Position numbers and translations under genes: made by a program
The notes under the pieces: generated by a model
What the model was told of the DNA's origin: nothing
The model's database searches: none
Seen by the model: only the letters and a program-made list of their open reading frames with translations
Part shown: positions 55,301 through 64,000 of the stretch, in pieces
Layout: the number at the start of each line of letters is the position of its first letter
Position numbering within the stretch: position 1 is the stretch's first letter
Source of the DNA: Eledone cirrhosa
Lineage: Eukaryota
Assembly (NCBI GenBank): GCA_964016885.1
Contig: OZ024740.1
Coordinates: 365,056,001 to 365,120,000, forward strand
Direction of reading: 5' to 3'
DNA: 64,000 bases

Positions 55301-56700
55301 GATTGCTTATGGCTAAGTCTCCCAGGTAGGAAATTTTACTCATGTTACTGAGTTTCACCAGGCCTCTGACATTCAGCAGCAGCACTGGTGTGACTTTTTG
55401 GGGTGCCAGTAATGGCTGTCGGTATGACACCTGGTCTGGTGTCAGCGGCGGCCACTCTGGGTCCCCTTAGCTGTGGTGGTCTCGAGTGCTGGTGTGGGTG
55501 ACCTTGGCTCTGGAAACGATGCAGCCAGGTCAGCTGTCCCACAATCTTCTCTGCCATCACTAAAAAATGTTTCTGCTCTGCTGCTGCCATCTGTATCTCG
55601 TCGGCATGTGCGTGCCTTCTCCTTGTTGGTGCGGCACGCATGACATCAGCATACTTCTGGAGCGGCTTAATTCGGCTTTGGCTGGGGCATGTTGCGCGAG
55701 TAGGATGGGCATAGTTCGTTTTGAGACCTGGGGTGGGTGAATCTGCATTCCATCCCTGTCTCCATGCCAGCAGGTCCCGTTCTTGAAAAACTTGCACATT
55801 ACTTGGGGTTTTTTTGCTCCCAGTGTCTCGGTGATTTCTGGTCTTCCTTTGAACAGTTGTCAACTGGCCCCTCTGCGCTTGGTTCTCCTTTGGAAGGTGA
55901 TTTCGCTTTTCACCTTTACCTTTTGTTTGTTGGTTGCCCGGCCTGCCCTCCACGACTGTGGCGGAGGGTATCTAATTTTCTTTCAGGTCCGTGCTTGTGC
56001 TCTCCTCCCTTTCTTTCTCTTTCTCCTCTCCCTTCTCTTCGGTTTTCTCCTCCCTGAGGACACGGCTTAGCATCGCCATATGTGGCGCTATGAGGACATA
56101 CGCCTTCTCAATTTCTTTTCTCTTTCTCTCTATCTGTGCCAGCGTCCTCAGAAACCCATGGCTTTTCAGGCTCTCCGCCATCTTTTTGCTTGGTGGAGAC
56201 CAATCAGCCATGGTCCACCCCCTTGATCAAAACCACTAGTTCCATCTTTGACCAGTTTCGCTGACTCCTAATTTCACCTTTTTCCTGTATGCAGTCCATT
56301 TCGCTGTGGAGGGGAGAAAGAGAGATAGTGCAAAGTGTAGGGTAGAGGCTAGAGAGGGACAGAGGGAGGGAGATATAAGTCCAGTGAGAAATTTAGAGGA
56401 AAAAGAGAGAGAGCTTGTGCGATCTAGAGAGAGAGAAAAAGAAAAAGAAACAGAAGAAAAGAAAGGGGAGAGAGACAGAAGAGAGGAGCGAGAGAGATAG
56501 CGGGAAGAGTGGGGGGAAAGGTTAGAGAGAGAGAGAGAGAGGAGATAGATAACTCCGGTGAGAAATTCAAGGTGCGATTTAGAGAGAGAGATAGGGGGGA
56601 GAGAGAGCTCGTGTGATCTAGAGAGAGCGAGAGGAAGGAAGGAGAGAGACAGAGACAGCGTGAGAAATAACAATTCAGAAAGTGAGAGAACGGTCAAAGA
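52341..56700 (-). mobile_element. Near full-length CR1-group LINE (ORF1 with CCCH finger; ORF2 APE and RT)
   Basis: ORF2 55430-52412: TETHL, GDFNLP, SDH, QHGFRPGRSC, DFAKAFD, GVPQ..LGP; ORF1 ~56211-55560 CKFFKNGTCWHG; CT-rich 5'UTR; frameshifts. Confidence 0.92.
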
Positions 56701-57329
56701 GAACTATAAATATTAGTAATAAATATCGTTCAAAGAATATTTCGCGATTAAAACACCAAAACAAAGTGAATATGAAATGATATCCACATGAAATATAAAG
56801 GAGACAGAATAAGTTAAGATAAAATAAAATAAGATATATGAAACACAAAAAGTTAGAGATATAGAAACACGATGTAAGTTGTATATAAGTTGAATTCAAA
56901 TGTTTGTTTACAAATATAAATAATGGGAACCGTATAGATTGACCATAGTTATTGTAATATCAATATATCAAACAACAAACACACATGCCTCTCCGATTCA
57001 AAAACAAATAAAATTATATTAAATTATGTTACTCAGAAAAAACAAAATAATACAAGATCTACTTAAGTTAAATTAAAATTAAAATTAAATTACGTACTAA
57101 AATTAAATTACGTATACTCTGTATGGTAGTCAAAGAAAAATAGAAAGCACGTGTGTGTGTTGTTTTAGGACATCACACAATGAAAATAAACATGCTTAAA
57201 ACGCTAATATATGTCAAAATAATTGCGTCAAAGCACAAAAACTTATCTTTTTGTATGTTTTCCTTGTCTTCTAAAAATGTTAAAGCCATACATAAAACCG
57301 ATTACTGTCGATTTAAAATTTTTAAATTT

Positions 57330-57358
57330 ATATATATATATTTATATATATATATATA

Positions 57359-57396
<38 letters not shown>

Positions 57397-57542
57397 CTAT
57401 ATATATATAAATATATAGGCTTGGCAATATGTTGGTTCGGACGTGATTTATTTAACGTCCAGATTTGAGATTTAAAATTTTTAAATTTCAAATCTGGACG
57501 TTAAATAAATCACGTCCGAACCAACATATTGCCAAGCCTATA

Positions 57543-57577
<35 letters not shown>

Positions 57578-57594
57578 CCTATATATATATATAG

Positions 57595-57673
<79 letters not shown>

Positions 57674-57697
57674 TATATATATATATATATATAAATA
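57330..57697. repeat. Long near-perfect palindrome centred at ~57478
   Basis: ggcttggcaatatgttggttcggacg.. / ..cgtccgaaccaacatattgccaagcc, plus mirrored TA-tract variants. Confidence 0.9.
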
Positions 57698-58475
57698 CAA
57701 ACATAAATTATCGAGATTCGCATTTCGGCCCCCGAAATAACGAAAAACAACCTCCGAGATGTGAGGCAAGTGCTCAATGATTCAGATGAACCAGAGCTAT
57801 AACAAACGTTAAAGGCCAAACACACTGAGACGATGGTTAAACAATCATTCGCATAGCCAAAAAAACGATCAAGTAATTCGGGTATTGAAAATTTACCCGG
57901 ACCCCTGGAAGGTTGGTAAAATCCAGTATTTGGGTTTCCTGCGGCTCCTAAATCAAGTACCGTCCGCTTACATAAATAATGTCAGGCTTCTGGTAAGATG
58001 ATTGAACAAGGAAGCCACTTTCTCAACAGGTTTTAGTTCAATGTTAATACAAGGACTGACTATTGCTAACTCCACGTGGGGATCGGCAAGGGAGGCAGCC
58101 CCTATATCAACCGAATAAATTCAGTTGTGTATATTTTTTGCAAGAATGCAAAAACATCACAAATCGAATAGAGTTCTCAACAGAAGGGTTAAAATTAACA
58201 TAAGCTATTCATCAGTCAATAGAATCAACTAAAAAATCAAGAAAATTAACTGGTCAATGGCTAGAGTCTGGGGATAAAATACAAACATAAATTATCGAGA
58301 TTCGCATTTCGGCCCACGAAATAACGAAAACCAACCTCCGAGATGTGAGGCAAGTGCTCAATGATTCAGATGAACCAGAGCTATAACAAACGTTAAGGGC
58401 CAAACACACTGAGACAATGGTTTAAACAATCATTCGCATAGCCAAAAAAACGATCAAGTAATTCGAGTATTGAAA

Positions 58476-58480
<5 letters not shown>
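57693..58480. mobile_element. Non-coding element: 584-bp unit with ~203-bp direct repeats between (TA)n tracts
   Basis: 57693-57895 is repeated at 58277-58480 with few differences. Confidence 0.8.
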
Positions 58481-58559
<79 letters not shown>

Positions 58560-58600
58560 AAATATATATATATATATATGAATATATATATATATATATA

Positions 58601-58640
<40 letters not shown>

Positions 58641-58750
58641 TATATATATATATATATATATGAATATATATATATATATGAATATATATATATATATATA
58701 TATGAATATATATATATATGAATATATATATATATGAATATATATATATA

Positions 58751-58796
<46 letters not shown>

Positions 58797-58868
58797 TATA
58801 TATATATATGAATATATATATATATATATATATATAAGAATATATATATATATATGAATATATATATA

Positions 58869-58902
<34 letters not shown>

Positions 58903-58914
58903 TATATATATATA

Positions 58915-58950
<36 letters not shown>

Positions 58951-59042
58951 TATATATATATATATATGAATATATATATATATATGAATATATATATATA
59001 TATGAATATATATATATATATATATGAATATATATATATATA

Positions 59043-59114
<72 letters not shown>

Positions 59115-59161
59115 TATATATATGAATATATATAAATATATGAATAGATATATATATATGA

Positions 59162-59230
<69 letters not shown>

Positions 59231-59272
59231 TATATATATATATATGAATATATATATATATATATGAATATA
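58481..59272. repeat. Irregular GAA(TA)n array; continues 59843-60523
   Basis: Dozens of tgaa interruptions, all in one orientation. Confidence 0.9.
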
Positions 59273-59843
59273 TAGTTAAAAGAATAGAGGTGTAACACAC
59301 AAGTTATTATATATTGGTAAACGGAATAGAAAATGCTGACAAATTGTTTCACAGTGAAAAATAGTTTAATTAGGAATAAATGAGAATTAGTAATTGTATT
59401 GGTTAGTAATCAGTTTTGGTTTAAGTTTTACCGGTTGCGCATTTCTAAATGCTTTTCAAAATAATTTTGAGATAGAGCGTCCGTGATGCTTGCTCTGATC
59501 TGATTAGTTTTGGGAATTCTACCTGTTTTTATGTTAAAAAGTGGCTCCAGCGCAATTAAAATTGTTTTTTTTGCACCAATTCGTGCTGCAAAAATTCTTG
59601 TGGTCAAAACAATGTTGATTGGTCGGTAGAGGTCATGTGAATGGAAAAAATTGATTTTGCGCCAAGACTGAGACGCTCTATCTGAAAATTATTTTTGAAA
59701 AGCATTTAGAAATGCGCAACCGGTAAAACTTAAAACCAAAACTGATTACTAACCAATACAATTACTAATTCTCATTTATTCCTAATTAAACTATTTTTCA
59801 CTGTGAACAATTTGTCAGCATTTTCTATTCCGTTTACCAATAT
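59273..59843. mobile_element. Fold-back insert with ~171-bp inverted arms
   Basis: 59311-59481 / 59672-59843 nearly identical; 190-bp spacer; ~38-bp unpaired extension on the left. Confidence 0.85.
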
Positions 59844-59884
59844 GAATATATATATATATATATGAATATATATATATATATATA

Positions 59885-59993
<109 letters not shown>

Positions 59994-60014
59994 TATATAT
60001 ATTGAATATATATA

Positions 60015-60169
<155 letters not shown>

Positions 60170-60300
60170 TATATGAATATATATATATATATATATGAAT
60201 ATATATAAATACAATATCGGAGAAAACTTTTTAGCGATACTCCGGCCAAATTCCAACTCACTCAACAAACATTAGGAAATAAGTGATATATATATATATG

Positions 60301-60485
<185 letters not shown>

Positions 60486-60523
60486 TATATATATATATAT
60501 ATATATGAATATATATATATATA

Positions 60524-62277
60524 TTGAATTTCAGAATGATTACTGGACGAAGAAACATATAGTAATCTATTCGATATTACTATGGGCTCAAGCGATTCTG
60601 CCCAAATTACTGATCTTGTGGGCCTCTTTCTTCTTTTTAACATATATGCTTCCTTTCCCCACCTTAAAGGTGGTTTATATCGTGACGACTGTCTTCTTCT
60701 TTCCAATAACCTTAGCCTCTCAGAGATAGAAAAAATAAAAAGCTTATTAGAACTTTCCTTAAAGACTATTATAGTCTAGATATTACATTTGAAAACACAA
60801 GTAAAGTAGTTAATTTCCTAGATATAACATTAGACTTATCTACGGGTATCTACCAACCTTACCATAAACCCAACCAAAATTTACACTACATACACTCACA
60901 GTCTAATCACCCTAAATCTATCCTTAAAACCTTGCTATAATATATCACTTAGAATTTCTAACCTTTCGTCTAACCAAGATGTATTTGATAAAAATGCGAC
61001 CTTTTATAATGAAGCTCTAGCTAGAAGTGGCCACAAAAATAGATTAGTATATATACCTTCTACCAATAACACTAGAAACATACAACCTAATATTACCAAC
61101 AAACACCAAATGAAAAATACACACCTAAATGCCACTCACACTATACCCCAAAACACCAACATAAAACCAAATTTTTCTAACTCTTCTAATATACAGTATA
61201 GTAACTCTCAAATAACAACTCATCCTACAACTCTAATAAATGTTAATAATAAAACTCCTAATAAACAAGCTAAAACACCTAAATCTAAAAATGTGTGTGA
61301 TGAGGTCATTAACAATAATTCTCCTAATAAACATCAGGTTGCATCCTATAAAAACAATAAACAACATCGAAACCGTAATAGACGAGTCACATGGTATAAT
61401 GCTCCATTTAATTTACAAATTAAGGATAATTATACCTAAAAAATTATTTAATATCCTAGAGAAAAACTTCCCGCCAAACCACAAATATCATCAAATCTTA
61501 AATAGATCAACGATTAAATTCTCCTACTCAACAACCAAAAACATAAAACAAAATATAAGTGCCTATAATGCATATAAATGTAAAAAAACGATGAGTATAC
61601 CACCAGTACATCAAACTAACCATAATATCTCCTCAGATACAGGATTCACGAAAAGTTGTAACTGTAGAAACAAGGCAAATTGTCCATTAAAAGGAAATTG
61701 CCTTGTTAATAATATAGTATATAAATGTAAAGTTAACACTAAGGACTCAATTTATTCATATATAGGAGCTACCTCTAACAAATTTAAGGTAAGATTTAAT
61801 ACCCACAAACATAGTTTTAAAAATGCCGCACTAGCTAATACAACATCTCTAGCTGAAATAATTAATAGTTATAGAAAAAGGAATATAGATTATGACCTGA
61901 CCTGGAGTGTGCTCAAAAGGGCCACCCCTTATCAAAATAGTAGATATGAATGTAGATTATGTTCCCAAGAACTTTTTGAAATAATTGTTTCTACTTTAGG
62001 CACAAGGCCAGCAATCACCCAGTGCATTACTGGTACTTTATTTTATCGACCCCGTAAGGATGAAAGGCAAAGTCAACCTCGGCGGGATTTGAACTCAGAT
62101 CGTAAAGGGACGTAACTATGCTGGAAAGCATGACGTCCGACCCTCTACCGATACTGCCAATCCACCGCAATTGAAATAATGAAATCTAAGGATATCCTAT
62201 TAAATAAGCGACAGGAATTAATAATATCGTGTAATCATAAACTGAGAAAAACCTTTAAATATTACAAACCTAATTAA
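60524..62277 (+). pseudogene. PLE ORF remnant (RT core to GIY-YIG), frameshifted and SINE-interrupted
   Basis: [77 protein letters not shown]. Confidence 0.92.
61986..62170 (-). mobile_element. Full-length young tRNA-derived SINE inside the PLE endonuclease
   Basis: Perfect TSD ttgaaataat (61976-61985 / 62171-62180); A and B boxes. Confidence 0.92.
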
Positions 62278-62474
62278 TATACACTTTAGAAATTAATATA
62301 TAAACTATTTTTAATTTAGTTAACCTATAATTAATATTCTACTACTGATGAACTACATAATTCTACTTTAAATATTATAAACCTAATTAATATACACTTT
62401 AGAAATTAATATATAAACTATTTTTAATTTAGTTAACCTATAATTAATATTCTACTACTGATGAACTACATAAT
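62253..62474. repeat. ~114-bp tandem duplication at the PLE stop codon and 3'UTR
   Basis: ctttaaatatta..ctactactgatgaactacataatt occurs twice. Confidence 0.85.
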
Positions 62475-62658
62475 TTTGCTTTCCTTCTTACAACTATCAT
62501 TTCCTAAAATTGCTACCATTAAGTAAACATATATAATGCTTTAACTTCAGGTTATGACTCTATGTTCCTTGAAAACTATATATATTTATTATTTCTCACT
62601 AATAAATTTAATTCCCCCCCACCCAATAATTATATGTATATGTTAGTGTGTATGTGTG

Positions 62659-62689
<31 letters not shown>

Positions 62690-62698
62690 ATATGCATG

Positions 62699-62785
<87 letters not shown>

Positions 62786-63575
62786 TATATGTGTATATAT
62801 ATTATATTATATATATATATATATATTATATATATATATTATATATATATTATATATATATATATGTGTGTATATATGTGTGTGTGTATGTGTATATATA
62901 TGTATATATATATATATAGATATAAGTATATATATATATATATTATTTTTATATTCTTTTAATTTCCCCTCATCTTTAACAGCACTTTTCAACTGCATCT
63001 TACTCTTATTTATCATACCTATATGTATTAGTATAATTTTATCAATATAAATATACCCATCAATTAAATTAATTTATATTCTTTTCATAGATGTATTTTT
63101 TTCACTAACATTCTTATCGTAAAACTTTAGTCACCTTAGATATTTGTATTGGCATTACTATTTTATAACAGCAACTGCTTGTATACCTTTTACTGACCAC
63201 CTGACCTATTTTCACCCCTAAAATAAGCTTAAATTACTACTATTTTACCATTTGGCCAATTATTAACTTTCTATTGGTTAATTCTAAACCTCTTACCAAA
63301 CAGACAGAATATATTAGATCTTTGTTGGTTTTATTCAATGAACAAATAAAATTATTTCTTAGGTCAGCATAAGACCTAGTTCTTCCCTAAAATAATCCTT
63401 CATTCATAATATTCTTTTCCATCCAAAACAGAAATCTACCTTCCTCTACCCATAATTTAAGGTTCTTCTACTACTATATTACTATCTTGACCCTCACTAT
63501 CTCTCTATTGGTCAATTCAAAACCTGTTCCCAAACAGACCTATTGTATTGAATCTTTGTTTTCAATAAACAAATA

Positions 63576-63717
63576 TCATTATTTCTGAAGACAGCATATA
63601 TATGTGTAGGTATGTATATTCCCTCTGATAGTTTATATAAATATTGTACATAGATCTATAGAATATGCATACCAACTCTAACACATATATATCCTAGAAA
63701 CGATCGTAAAATGATGA
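63576..63717 (+). ncRNA. Type I hammerhead motif with greatly extended stem II
   Basis: tcattattt CTGAAGA [105-nt hairpin] GAAA cgatcg TA aaatgatga; 9-bp stem I; palindromic stem III. Confidence 0.75.
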
Positions 63718-63904
63718 ATTTTTTTAATATAAGGAACTGTTTCTTTGTTTTATTCATTATGTAATTAATTTATCTTGACTCTGTTTTCCATTTATTTTTC
63801 ACCGAAAGTAGTTTTTGAATACATCTTCTCTTTTCATGATATCCGGATTACATTGAGTTCTTCATACGGATTGGACACGACCGTAAACTTTTGGTAGATT
63901 TATC

Positions 63905-63959
<55 letters not shown>

Positions 63960-64000
63960 ATATATATATACAAGTCAATATAAATTAATATATGATAAAC

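Noticed and set aside
58060-58105. ctccacgtgg as an HDV-like or twister ribozyme
   Set aside because: Could not build the required P1, P1.1 and P2 pairings by eye.
58393-59352. Long YI-rich ORFs (also 2683, 24749, 28511, 38851, 52146, 59815, 62562)
   Set aside because: Translations of (TA)n, (CA)n and (TATG)n microsatellites.
62340-62474. Tandem ctgatga motifs as a dimeric hammerhead
   Set aside because: No stem II closed by GAAA follows either copy.

Overview
AT-rich, repeat-saturated metazoan DNA with no host exon I can support. The SINE, MITE and (TA)n content suggests a coleoid cephalopod, probably Octopus (inference). It holds decayed non-LTR retrotransposons: RTE (two near-complete copies plus fragments), one near-complete CR1-group LINE, and L1/Tx1, R4/Dong and CRE fragments. 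It also holds tRNA-derived SINEs, DNA-transposon remnants (hAT and piggyBac MITEs, mariner), satellites and microsatellites. Three signals stand out. (1) Three Penelope-like (PLE) RT/GIY-YIG remnants each have a downstream type I hammerhead (HHR) motif, one with a ~105-nt stem II, and further stand-alone or decayed HHRs occur. (2) A recurring class of non-coding inserts sits in (TA)n tracts with partial inverted or direct terminal duplications, resembling PLE pseudo-LTRs or retrozymes. (3) A covarying pseudoknot-plus-hairpin RNA module is shared by an RTE 5'UTR, another RTE's 3'UTR and SINEs. All folds were paired by eye; nothing was computed or searched. Most ORFs in the supplied track are microsatellite or antisense artefacts.
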